DNA of 33,526 nucleotides from a virus (taxonomy: Duplodnaviria; Caudoviricetes). The stretch covers positions 1 through 33,526 of the IMG/VR virus record IMGVR_UViG_3300032162_000179, one strand, 5' to 3'. This document shows positions 1 through 7,774 of this stretch, piece after piece (the stretch's first letter is position 1; each line of letters begins with the position of its first letter). The position numbers were made by a program, and so were the translations under genes. The notes beneath the pieces were generated by a model. It was not told the DNA's origin. It did not search any database and worked only from the letters and a program-made list of their open reading frames with translations.

Positions 1-360
1 TCACAGACGATTCCTCCTTTTTTGAAATGGTAGAGCGTTTCGCGTGCGAACTACTCGCACGGAGAAATTGATCGGCAGAGCTTTGCGCAACATAACCTTT
101 TCTGTTACTGCGACGGTCCGCGGCTGTGTTCGAGCAACGCGCGTTGTGCCGATTGAATCCATCAAATTTTTGAGATACAGCGTATGGGCGGCGATGCGCT
201 CGTCCGCGCGGCGACGGTGATAGTCCCGAAAGTAGTTAATGAGCGGCAGGTGAACGCGAACCGCGCCGAAAGCCGCGCCGACGATGATGCCGATGCCCAG
301 GACGATAAGCGCTGCAAGAATCAGCAAATTGTCGTCATTGAAAACTTGATAGGCGTCCAT
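1..360 (-). CDS. Hypothetical membrane protein (single N-terminal TM segment)
   Basis: ORF 1..393; ATG at 360 follows an AGGGAG SD; hydrophobic LLILAALIVLGIGIIVGAAFGAV. Confidence 0.65.
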   Translation of the reverse strand: MDAYQVFNDDNLLILAALIVLGIGIIVGAAFGAVRVHLPLINYFRDYHRRRADERIAAHTLYLKNLMDSIGTTRVARTQPRTVAVTEKVMLRKALPINFSVRVVRTRNALPFQKRRNRL

Positions 361-382
361 ACTCGTCTCCCTGAAAGTGGAA

Positions 383-1210
383 TTACATTTCACCGGCGAT
401 GTCGTCTAAGTCGGCATCGGTAATCGTTAATTCGTTGGAAGTTCCGAGCGGCACGCCGTCGAAGCGAAAGGCTTCTTCGAGTTCGCGGCGCTGTGCGGCG
501 AGCAGTTCCATCGCCTTGCCGCGCATCCCGTCTGATTCTTCTTCCGACAGCGCGCGGGCTTCCGTTACGAGTCTGGCGTATGCGCCGATGGTGGCGAGCA
601 GCGCCTGTCCGAACGGGTGCGCTTGGCTGTCGAGCGGCGCGGCGGTGCGCTTCGCTTCATCGAGCTTGCGTTTGAGATTGTCGTGCTCTTTCTTGCCGCG
701 CTCGATGGTGCGTGTCTGCTCGGCGGTCTTGCTGGCGAGTGTGCGAATGATTTCTGTGATGCGTGCGCGGTCGTCTATGCGTGCGCTTTCGAGTCCGACT
801 GTGATGGTGTCGCCGTCAACGGTAACGACGCCTTCGGTGAGCAGTTTGCGAGCGGAGAGCGGCACCGCCAAGCTATTCAAAAAATCGAAAGTTGCATCGC
901 CTTCGGCGTTCAGCAAATTGATGCGCTCACGATATTTCTCATAGCGCATTGGAGAGTTGGGATCGGTATCAAGAAACTCGTCAAAGGTTGAATATCCCGC
1001 ATCTCGATAAAGTTTCTGTTCTTTGACACCTTCAAGCGCGCGTAAAAGCTGAACGTTCAGACTGTTTGCAAGTGCGTCAGCCAATTTGATGCCGCCGATT
1101 GTTTGCCATAGCTGCACGAAGCACTGCTGGCTTGTCGCCGCGTCGCGCTGCGTGGCGACGATCTCGGTGGCCGACTCCTTCGCTTTTTCGACAAGGCTTT
1201 TGTTCTTCAT
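383..1210 (-). CDS. Phage early protein, coiled-coil, possibly DUF3102-like
   Basis: 275-aa ORF with AGGAG SD; motif LEGVKEQKLYRDAGYSTFDEFL resembles DUF3102-type proteins of transposable phages (from memory). Confidence 0.6.
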   Translation of the reverse strand: MKNKSLVEKAKESATEIVATQRDAATSQQCFVQLWQTIGGIKLADALANSLNVQLLRALEGVKEQKLYRDAGYSTFDEFLDTDPNSPMRYEKYRERINLLNAEGDATFDFLNSLAVPLSARKLLTEGVVTVDGDTITVGLESARIDDRARITEIIRTLASKTAEQTRTIERGKKEHDNLKRKLDEAKRTAAPLDSQAHPFGQALLATIGAYARLVTEARALSEEESDGMRGKAMELLAAQRRELEEAFRFDGVPLGTSNELTITDADLDDIAGEM

Positions 1211-1294
1211 AATCGCTCCTTCTCAATCCAGAAATCAGGATTTTTTCTAGACAAAAAAGAAATTCCTTAGCAAAAACTAACTTTGTGTTTAGGG

Positions 1295-1316
1295 AAATCC
1301 AGAAATTTCTGGATTT
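1295..1316. repeat. Perfect 22-bp palindrome AAATCCAGAAATTTCTGGATTT, with a degenerate copy at 1225-1242
   Basis: Read directly; second copy AATCCAGAAATCAGGATT. Confidence 0.85.
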
Positions 1317-1652
1317 TTACTCTTCCCATTCGCCGCTCGGACGGCGCACGCGCGGCGGGGGAGCGCCCCGGTCATCGAAAGACCGGACGAGTATCTGGCG
1401 CGTGTGCGGTTTGATTTTCGGAAGCTCTAATCCGACTTGCAGAAAGCCGGAATCTGTTTCTAATACATACTCGTCAAAGGCGAGGGTAATGAGAGCTTCC
1501 AAGCAAAACTCTGGCGGCAAGCCGGTCAACTCTGATAGGTCGAAGGCAGTGACAGGAATCGTCTGCGTCTCGTTCAACACTGTGAGAATCTTCATCGTGT
1601 TGCGGACGGTCTCGCTCAAGTAGTAAACGTTCTCACGATCTTCTTGCATCAT
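1317..1652 (-). CDS. IclR-like winged-HTH protein (degenerate)
   Basis: SETVRNTMKILTVL...DLSELTGLPPEFCLEALITL parallels the adjacent IclR-like HTH. Confidence 0.6.
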   Translation of the reverse strand: MMQEDRENVYYLSETVRNTMKILTVLNETQTIPVTAFDLSELTGLPPEFCLEALITLAFDEYVLETDSGFLQVGLELPKIKPHTRQILVRSFDDRGAPPPRVRRPSGEWEE

Positions 1653-1941
1653 TTTGTTCTCCTGATTTAGTTGATAAATCAGCTATGCAGACATCGTTAT
1701 AGTTAGCTGCGAACTCCATCAGCTTGATGCCTAACGTCCAGCCCTTCTCCGTTTGCGCGGCGTAGCCTTGAAGCTTGAGAGTGAGCAAAGCGCGACGGCA
1801 AAAATCGTATGAAAAGCTCGTGCGATCTGCGACGCGCTGGATCGAAACCGGCTCGAAATTCGTGCCGCGCAGGGCTTCAAGAACTTTCAGGCCGCGCGCT
1901 AAATTGTCGTTGATGTAGTCGCTGTCGGCGCGCTTGCTCAT
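1633..1941 (-). CDS. IclR-type HTH-only DNA-binding protein
   Basis: NLARGLKVLEAL...SIQRVADRTSFSYDFCRRALLTLKLQGYA...WTLG matches the IclR N-terminal HTH pattern. Confidence 0.75.
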   Translation of the reverse strand: MSKRADSDYINDNLARGLKVLEALRGTNFEPVSIQRVADRTSFSYDFCRRALLTLKLQGYAAQTEKGWTLGIKLMEFAANYNDVCIADLSTKSGEQNDARRS

Positions 1942-2507
1942 TTGACCGCTTCCTCTAATTCGCCCTTGACTGTTTGCTGAAAGTCGAGCGAGGTTTGCCC
2001 GGCCAACTCTGGGAAGTTTCGTTTCTGCAAATGCCAGAGCGTCGCTAATTCATCAATCGCCTGCGAGCGATAAGGTCTCGACCAATTGAGGAAATCCGCT
2101 GCCGATTGAATCCAGAAATAGCCATAGGGCGGCTGTCTCGAAGAACCGACGGGCAAGAGCCATTCGCGCCGGAGCGTGCGGATCATGTCTTTGACTTTGC
2201 GCTCCGAGCAGCGGAAGTGTTCGGCGAGCGTATCGAGCGAGATCGGATATTCGCTCGTCGCGCGTGTGAGAAATCGCGCCGCGACGAAAAGCAATTCATC
2301 AATGGATTGCTGCTTGTCTTCACGCTCCCAAATGCAAAGCGCAAGGCGCACGGCGGGCGCGCTGAATCGTTTGTCTTCGTGAAAGCACAAAGGGCAGCGG
2401 CGCGGTTTGGAGCCAGTAATGGTTAAGCCGCTGTCGAGGCAAACATCGCAAAGCGAAGACTTGATGATTTCCATCAACGGGCTTTCGGAATGAACAAGAA
2501 AGGTCAT
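1938..2507 (-). CDS. Zn-finger plus winged-HTH DNA-binding protein
   Basis: CDVC..CPLC pair; ISLDTLAEHFRCSERKVKDMIRTLR HTH followed by a GYF wing motif; ATGA overlaps on both sides. Confidence 0.7.
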   Translation of the reverse strand: MTFLVHSESPLMEIIKSSLCDVCLDSGLTITGSKPRRCPLCFHEDKRFSAPAVRLALCIWEREDKQQSIDELLFVAARFLTRATSEYPISLDTLAEHFRCSERKVKDMIRTLRREWLLPVGSSRQPPYGYFWIQSAADFLNWSRPYRSQAIDELATLWHLQKRNFPELAGQTSLDFQQTVKGELEEAVK

Positions 2508-2953
2508 CGCGCATCCCTCCGGTTCATCGCCTTGAGTGCTTCGATAACTTTGTTGGTTTCGGCGGTTGTGGTGGGCGTGTTTTTTTTGATGATCGAGCGG
2601 CTGAGTTGTGCGAGTCCTTCATCCGTCATTTGCCGACGGCGCGCGAGGTCGCGCATTAACTGAAGGTGCGCCGGTTGCGCAATCTGAGCGACGCCAGCTT
2701 GCTTACGGCGATGCTGAACTGTGCGACGTGACACAATCGGATCGCCGCCGAGTTTGGCGATGACCTTATCGGCTTCATCGCGGTTCAGCGCGCGAATGCT
2801 GCGCTTGCCGGTGACTTCTTCGACAAGCTGATGTATGTCGTCATCATCGAATTGCACGCGATGAGCGAGGCCGAAGATGGCCTTGACTTGCGCGTGCGTT
2901 TTATTGCCGCGCTCGATGGCGGGCGTGCTGCAAAAGGCTGTGTTGCTACTCAT
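2504..2953 (-). CDS. Mu GemA/gp16-like (DUF1018) regulatory protein
   Basis: QVKAIFGLAHRVQFDDDDIHQLVEEVTGKRSIRALNRDEADKVI and C-terminal KVIEALKAM are GemA-like; ATG at 2953 has a GGGAG SD and overlaps the upstream stop. Confidence 0.75.
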   Translation of the reverse strand: MSSNTAFCSTPAIERGNKTHAQVKAIFGLAHRVQFDDDDIHQLVEEVTGKRSIRALNRDEADKVIAKLGGDPIVSRRTVQHRRKQAGVAQIAQPAHLQLMRDLARRRQMTDEGLAQLSRSIIKKNTPTTTAETNKVIEALKAMNRRDAR

Positions 2954-3450
2954 AATTCTCTCCCTTCGTTGGTAAGACCGAGCTTGCCTTTTTCGCAATG
3001 CTCAAGTCTCACCATTAGCTGATCTAGTTCTTGCTGATATTCAGACATCTCTTTCTGAACAACAGAGAGCGGCGCACCAGAGACCAGTGCAGTAACGACA
3101 TCAGTGTTTTCTGCAATTACTTTGGCGAGTCGGGCGCGATATTCGCATTGCGTGAGAGGTTCAACGTTTTGACGTTCGCGGAAGCGCCTTAGCTTGCGCA
3201 AGTAACGCTCCACAAGAGCAACAGCCATTGACGGGTTTCGCAGAAGAAACCAATCAAAGATGCGATCCATGCGCTTGATAGGATTGATTAAACCTGTCGA
3301 ACTCGGAGATTCATCAGAGCATGGTCGTCGTGACCATTTTTCATAACTAGAGCGCGAGATATTATTGAACTCTGCAAACTCGTCTCCTTCGTGTTTGCCC
3401 ACGCCCTTTTCGATAATTTCATGCGGCTCTAATTCGATAGTTTCTTTCAA
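2950..3450 (-). CDS. Phage regulatory protein, possibly 186 CII-like
   Basis: 166-aa ORF after cro, AAGGAG SD, TTG start; ISRSSYEKW...NP N-terminal HTH-like pattern and helical C-terminus. Confidence 0.5.
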   Translation of the reverse strand: MKETIELEPHEIIEKGVGKHEGDEFAEFNNISRSSYEKWSRRPCSDESPSSTGLINPIKRMDRIFDWFLLRNPSMAVALVERYLRKLRRFRERQNVEPLTQCEYRARLAKVIAENTDVVTALVSGAPLSVVQKEMSEYQQELDQLMVRLEHCEKGKLGLTNEGREL

Positions 3451-3507
3451 TGTTTACTCCTTACGAGATTTCAAAAAAATCGCATTGTCGATTGAAGGCA
3501 AAAAAAA

Positions 3508-3723
3508 TTAAGCTGCGCGGTGTTCAGAACGAGCACCGACCTTGATTGAGTTGTCGAAGCGAATGCCATAACGTTTTTTCAGCTTCTTCCTGATGCGCGA
3601 TGTGGCACGCAGATAGTTAATTACCTGCGAGACGTTGGCGCGATTCTCGCCAATCGCAAGAGCTATCTCGTTTACCTTTAATCCTCGTAATGCGAGGAAA
3701 GCCTTGATTTCGCGTGCGTTCAT
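3508..3723 (-). CDS. Cro/Ner-like HTH protein
   Basis: 71 aa, basic, EIKAFLALRGLKVNEIALAIGENRANVSQVI; divergent from the repressor. Confidence 0.8.
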   Translation of the reverse strand: MNAREIKAFLALRGLKVNEIALAIGENRANVSQVINYLRATSRIRKKLKKRYGIRFDNSIKVGARSEHRAA

Positions 3724-3747
3724 GTCGTATTTTCCAGAGCAACAATC

Positions 3748-3988
3748 GGAACGAATGTTCCAAACAAGGCGAGATATTAAAACAGATGTTGGATTCGGTC
3801 AAGGAAAATCAAACAAGCGTTTCACGGGAAACATTTGCTAATCGCTTCGCTGAATTGTTTAACTTTGCTTCGGCGGCTGAAATAGGACGCAAAATTGATA
3901 TTCCGCACGCTACTGTGAGTAATTATTTGAAGGGCAGAATGCCCGCGCCAGATGTTCTTGTCAAAATTGCAAATCAAACAAGCGTTTC
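3748..3988. promoter_or_regulatory. Putative operators RAAC-N4-GTTY at 3749-3760, 3811-3822 and 3976-3987
   Basis: GGAACGAATGTTCC palindrome plus an exact 18-bp direct repeat AAATCAAACAAGCGTTTC (3806-3823, 3971-3988). Confidence 0.5.
3774..3802 (-). promoter_or_regulatory. Putative sigma70 early promoter (TTGACC-N17-TAATAT)
   Basis: Minus-strand -35 at 3802-3797, -10 at 3779-3774, about 50 bp upstream of cro. Confidence 0.6.
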
Positions 3989-4295
3989 GCTAAATTGGCT
4001 TCTAATCGGTGAGGGTTCAAAATTTTTAACAAAAGAAATAAATCAATCTGGAGCAGTTTCCGAACCGTTTACGCAGCCTTATGCGATTTTTAATGAAGAA
4101 GCTTTGGCGCTATTCATCAGGCGTATAGCACGCGAAGAATTAGAAGATGCTATTAGAGAAGAATACTTTATTGATGCGGCTTCACAGCAAGCTAATGTTA
4201 GAGATATACAGTCAGCGCAGAAGGAATTAGTTGATGATTTAGGCAGCGTCGGCGGCGAGGCTCAAGAAAGAGTCGCAAAGAAAAGGAAGGCGTAG
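3786..4295 (+). CDS. CI-like repressor, XRE HTH domain
   Basis: FANRF...SAAEIGRKIDIPHATVSNYLKGRMPAPDVLVKIA...VSLNWLLIGEG is a classic XRE HTH; start at 3786 is uncertain. Confidence 0.85.
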   Translation: MLDSVKENQTSVSRETFANRFAELFNFASAAEIGRKIDIPHATVSNYLKGRMPAPDVLVKIANQTSVSLNWLLIGEGSKFLTKEINQSGAVSEPFTQPYAIFNEEALALFIRRIAREELEDAIREEYFIDAASQQANVRDIQSAQKELVDDLGSVGGEAQERVAKKRKA

Positions 4296-4298
4296 ATT

Positions 4299-4721
4299 AT
4301 GTTAAGCGGTTTCACACGGGCAGAGCGCGTTCGCGTTCCAGATGTCGGGCAATTAGCAGCCGGATCAACTGTGCTATTTGAGCCGCGCGGTAAAGTCTGG
4401 ATTACACGTCCAGTTAATGCTCGTCCCGGCGATCTGCTTGTCTCGGCACGCATCAGCGGCGATTCTTTACGCAATGATGGCATCCATGATGGAGACCGTA
4501 TTACATGCCGAACAAACTTTGTATTGTCCGAGATTCGTAATGGACGGTTGGTTGTAGTCAAACTGCCGTGTAGTGGATTAGTCGTCAAGCATTTTCATTT
4601 GCAAGAGAATAGGATGGTGCTTCTGCGTTCAGCTAATCCGAAGTATAAGGACTTGCCGTTCGATCTTGACGAAATCGAAATCAAAGCCGTCGTGCTAGAA
4701 AGCACCCGTATATGGGAGTAA
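4299..4721 (+). CDS. Stand-alone S24 peptidase (LexA/UmuD C-terminal-like)
   Basis: VPDVGQLAAG Ala-Gly cleavage site, ISGDSL catalytic Ser, GIHDGD, VVK catalytic Lys, LRSANPKY; own AGGAAGG SD. Confidence 0.85.
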   Translation: MLSGFTRAERVRVPDVGQLAAGSTVLFEPRGKVWITRPVNARPGDLLVSARISGDSLRNDGIHDGDRITCRTNFVLSEIRNGRLVVVKLPCSGLVVKHFHLQENRMVLLRSANPKYKDLPFDLDEIEIKAVVLESTRIWE

Positions 4722-4737
4722 ATCAGACTATTAATCT

Positions 4738-5178
4738 ATGAAAAAGCTATTTTTAATCAGTGTCTTTGTTCTAACCTTCATCCCAACGGTGTCGGCGCAA
4801 AAACGATATGGCACTTATTACCGAAGTGACGAATATGGAAGAGGGGACATAACTTTTCAAGAAGTTCAACGTGGGAAAATCAAAGGTCTTAATTTTGAGA
4901 TTTCAATTGCGGGCGGAACCAGAGGCATTTGCATCGGCGGTCTCAAGGGTAAAGCTAAATGGATTGATGCAAATGTTGCTGAGTTTAACGGCGAGTTCAA
5001 CGAGCGTGACGCTGAAAATGGCGAAGCTATTGGTTGTCGTCTAACCTTTATTTTCTCATCCAATCGAGTAGTTGTAAGAGAACACGACTGCAATAATTTT
5101 CACGGCGCAAGTTGTCAGTTTGAAGGAACATTCAAGCGTCAGAGCGATTCAGCTAAAATCAGAAAGAAATCTAAATGA
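4738..5178 (+). CDS. Secreted/periplasmic hypothetical protein
   Basis: Sec signal MKKLFLISVFVLTFIPTVSA, four Cys, AT-richer than the structural genes. Confidence 0.75.
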   Translation: MKKLFLISVFVLTFIPTVSAQKRYGTYYRSDEYGRGDITFQEVQRGKIKGLNFEISIAGGTRGICIGGLKGKAKWIDANVAEFNGEFNERDAENGEAIGCRLTFIFSSNRVVVREHDCNNFHGASCQFEGTFKRQSDSAKIRKKSK

Positions 5179-5234
5179 GAGCGCAATCAAATAAGTTGCT
5201 CAATCATCTCGCCTCGCTGCTCAACAAATAAAAG

Positions 5235-5263
5235 TTGCGGCTTAATAAATCTTAATGTAATCT
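5235..5263 (+). promoter_or_regulatory. Putative promoter TTGCGG-N17-TAATCT
   Basis: Consensus-like hexamers in an AT-rich gap upstream of 5333. Confidence 0.35.
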
Positions 5264-5332
5264 CCGGTCACTGGCGCATTCTGCAAGCGTCGCGTTACCA
5301 GCCCCTAAACTGGCGACGGAGATTTCCTTTTA

Positions 5333-5572
5333 ATGCCTCGACAATATGATTTCGGCTTCGCAATACGCCCATGTCTGCGCCTTTCCCGCATCGAAGAGAT
5401 TCTTCAACAAACAAAGATTGTTGACCCTGTGCCCTCGCGCAAAACTTTGATTCGAGCACTCGAACAAGGCTTGCTTGATGGTAAGAAAGTTAAATCAGGA
5501 TGGATCGTGTATGAAGATTCATTCAACGCATGGGTGCGCTCACACCAACCTGAAGAATACGCTTCCATCTAA
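5333..5572 (+). CDS. Small excisionase/HTH_17-like DNA-binding protein, candidate late activator
   Basis: SRKTLIRALEQGLLDGKKVKSGWIVYEDS winged-helix pattern; sits just before the lysis/late operon. Confidence 0.65.
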   Translation: MPRQYDFGFAIRPCLRLSRIEEILQQTKIVDPVPSRKTLIRALEQGLLDGKKVKSGWIVYEDSFNAWVRSHQPEEYASI

Positions 5573-5578
5573 TCCACT

Positions 5579-5641
5579 CGGACAAACCGGACAACTCGGC
5601 GATTTTAAGTCATTTCGGACAAGTGCGGACAACTCGGACAA
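5579..5641 (+). repeat. Five CGGACAA direct repeats
   Basis: Copies start at 5579, 5588, 5616, 5626 and 5635; degenerate copy at 5597. Confidence 0.9.
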
Positions 5642-5686
5642 GTAGGCTTCCGGCTTTCCTCTCTTTCGTCGTAGTGTGCGTTCTTT

Positions 5687-6166
5687 ATGAACCGCACGAA
5701 GCAAAAAGAAGTCGAACAACTGCTCGCCGAATGGTCTGAACGACAAGCGGCTTACAAGCGCGTCACAGCCAAGCGCGACCGCATGTTGCAGCCGCTTCGT
5801 GAAGTGTTCGATGCTTCTGCCAACCCGATTAACGAACACGCAGCGGCGAAGCTGCGTCCACTTGAGGAGGAAATCAATGCGCTAGAAAAGCAGATAAAGT
5901 CCGCCATGCTCGCCGAAGCCGAAGCGAACGGTTCGGTGTCGCGCATCTCTAGCAGCACAGCCGTCGCGGAAATCTCGACCACTTCGCGCCGTGAAATCAA
6001 TCCACAAACTTTCTTCAATAACATTCCAGTAGACGAGCACGGCCACGCCTTCTGGAGTTGCTTTAGCGTGCTCATCGGACGCGCCGAAAAGTTCTTGGGC
6101 AGCGGTATTGATCGTATCGCTTCACTCAAGCACACGCATAACGTTTCAATCCGGGCGAAGGAATAA
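5687..6166 (+). CDS. Coiled-coil protein, possibly Mu Gam-like
   Basis: 159 aa; EVEQLLAEW...LRPLEEEINALEKQIK long helix then a short beta region, as in Gam-family proteins. Confidence 0.45.
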   Translation: MNRTKQKEVEQLLAEWSERQAAYKRVTAKRDRMLQPLREVFDASANPINEHAAAKLRPLEEEINALEKQIKSAMLAEAEANGSVSRISSSTAVAEISTTSRREINPQTFFNNIPVDEHGHAFWSCFSVLIGRAEKFLGSGIDRIASLKHTHNVSIRAKE

Positions 6167-6169
6167 GTC

Positions 6170-6721
6170 ATGTCAAAACTTGTGCCAATCGTGATTCTTG
6201 GAATCTACAAAACGGCAAATGGGCAATTGCCCGCGCACATGGCTCAACTCGCGCCCGACGCCGCCGCGTCGCTCGCCGAAGTCAACGACGAGATTAAACG
6301 GCGCGGCGGCACTCTTCGTTTGTCCGACGCTTATCGTGATTCGGCGATGCAGGCAAAGGCGCACGACGATTATGTGCATGGGCGAAAGACTGCTTACTCG
6401 CCGCCAGCCGGTTCGTCTATGCACGAAGCCGGACGCGCCATCGATGTTGATCTTGCGACGCTCATTCATCCCGGCTCAGTTCCCGCCGGTCACACGCTGT
6501 TCAACGAAAACGAAATCCGCTCGATCTTCGGCGCGCACGGCTGGACGTTCATCGCGCCCGTCGGCAACCCGCACAGCGTCGATGTTGCCGAGAGTTGGCA
6601 TTTTGAAAAAAGAGGCAAGTTCGCGGAAGTCTATGACAAGACGCTGAAAGACACGCTCGATCACAAAGCCGCCTACCGCGCGATGACGCGCGCGGCCATC
6701 GCCGATTTATCACACAACTAA
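6170..6721 (+). CDS. Endolysin, peptidase M15 family
   Basis: SDAYRDSAMQ, SMHEAGRAID (SxHxxGxAxD) and ESWHFE (ExxH) zinc motifs. Confidence 0.9.
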   Translation: MSKLVPIVILGIYKTANGQLPAHMAQLAPDAAASLAEVNDEIKRRGGTLRLSDAYRDSAMQAKAHDDYVHGRKTAYSPPAGSSMHEAGRAIDVDLATLIHPGSVPAGHTLFNENEIRSIFGAHGWTFIAPVGNPHSVDVAESWHFEKRGKFAEVYDKTLKDTLDHKAAYRAMTRAAIADLSHN

Positions 6722-6758
6722 TTTTCGGATTTTATCGAAGGCATCTGAAGGAGAATTT

Positions 6759-7568
6759 ATGCGGAGGCTGATTGTTATCTATCATCTGTGCGCGGCGTTT
6801 GCTCATTCGATCACGCGCTCGAAACTGATTTCGGTTCTCGGTTTAGTAACAGTGGTGTTGAGCGCAGTCAATCCGCAAGTCTTTGTCGGTCACCCGCGCG
6901 TACAGGCGCTGCTGGTCACTATTGGCTCTGTCGCCGCCGCGCTCGGTCGCGCATTGCTCGCGTCGAGCGTCCCGCCGCAACCAGACCGCGTATCCGGCGG
7001 GCAAAGATTACGGAGCATTGTGCCGCTGCTTTTCCTCGCGCCGCTGCTCGGTCTGGCCTTCCTCTCGTCAGCTTGCGACAAGGATCAACTGCACCGCGCG
7101 GCAGTGGCCTCTGACCGCATGGCAAGCCTCGTATCTGTCGGCATCGATCTCAAACGCGAACTGCGCGCCGAGGACAAGATTGACGACAGCAGCGAACTCG
7201 AACTAACGCGTGATTTGCTTGATTTGAACACGGCCGTGACGCTGCTGAACGACCACGCGCGCCGCTATCAAACCTTCAACGCGACAGCGCAGGGCGATCT
7301 CAAACAAGCGTTCAGCACGGTCTCGCTGGCCTTTGCTGCTTTTGCCAACGATACGACGCTGCACATCAAGAATCCGGCAGCGCAGGCCAGACTCGCGCCC
7401 GTGCTCGCCAGCATGAGAGCCGCGATGTTTATCATCGGCGCGGTGCTCGGCAACGATTCACTGCGCAAGCCTGCTCCCGTACACACGATTGACCCGCCGC
7501 ACGGCCCCATCGCAGGCGGCACTGAGGGCGTCCGGCAAGTTCTTTCCTGTGGAGGCGTTTATGTCTGA
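6759..7568 (+). CDS. Holin-like membrane protein with internal lipobox (holin/spanin candidate)
   Basis: AAGGAG SD; two N-terminal hydrophobic helices, third helix ending LSSA-C106, helical C-terminal domain; follows the endolysin. Confidence 0.6.
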   Translation: MRRLIVIYHLCAAFAHSITRSKLISVLGLVTVVLSAVNPQVFVGHPRVQALLVTIGSVAAALGRALLASSVPPQPDRVSGGQRLRSIVPLLFLAPLLGLAFLSSACDKDQLHRAAVASDRMASLVSVGIDLKRELRAEDKIDDSSELELTRDLLDLNTAVTLLNDHARRYQTFNATAQGDLKQAFSTVSLAFAAFANDTTLHIKNPAAQARLAPVLASMRAAMFIIGAVLGNDSLRKPAPVHTIDPPHGPIAGGTEGVRQVLSCGGVYV

Positions 7569-7761
7569 ATCAACTGACACGCAAAAGCTTTACGAGATGC
7601 TGCCATTGGCAGTGAAAACCGCGCAGGAAGTCGTGACGTTGCTCGCCGCCGAGCGCGCCCGTTCCGGCATGACGACGGAACAGATTTTCGAGAAAGCGGG
7701 CATCACGCTGGAAGAGAACGACGCGCGGCTGCTCGAAGACCTCGCGCTTTTACAGGGATAG
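7561..7761 (+). CDS. Small hypothetical protein (66 aa)
   Basis: GGAGG SD before ATG 7561; amphipathic helices. Confidence 0.7.
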   Translation: MSESTDTQKLYEMLPLAVKTAQEVVTLLAAERARSGMTTEQIFEKAGITLEENDARLLEDLALLQG

Positions 7762-7774
7762 GACGACGCAGGCA

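Noticed and set aside
1-3723. Transposase, integrase or attachment sites
   Set aside because: No DDE, tyrosine or serine recombinase motifs seen; such genes may lie beyond the left edge, so Mu-like status remains an inference.
5579-5641. CRISPR or mini-array
   Set aside because: 7-bp units with 2-3 bp gaps; no spacer-length unique sequences and no cas genes.
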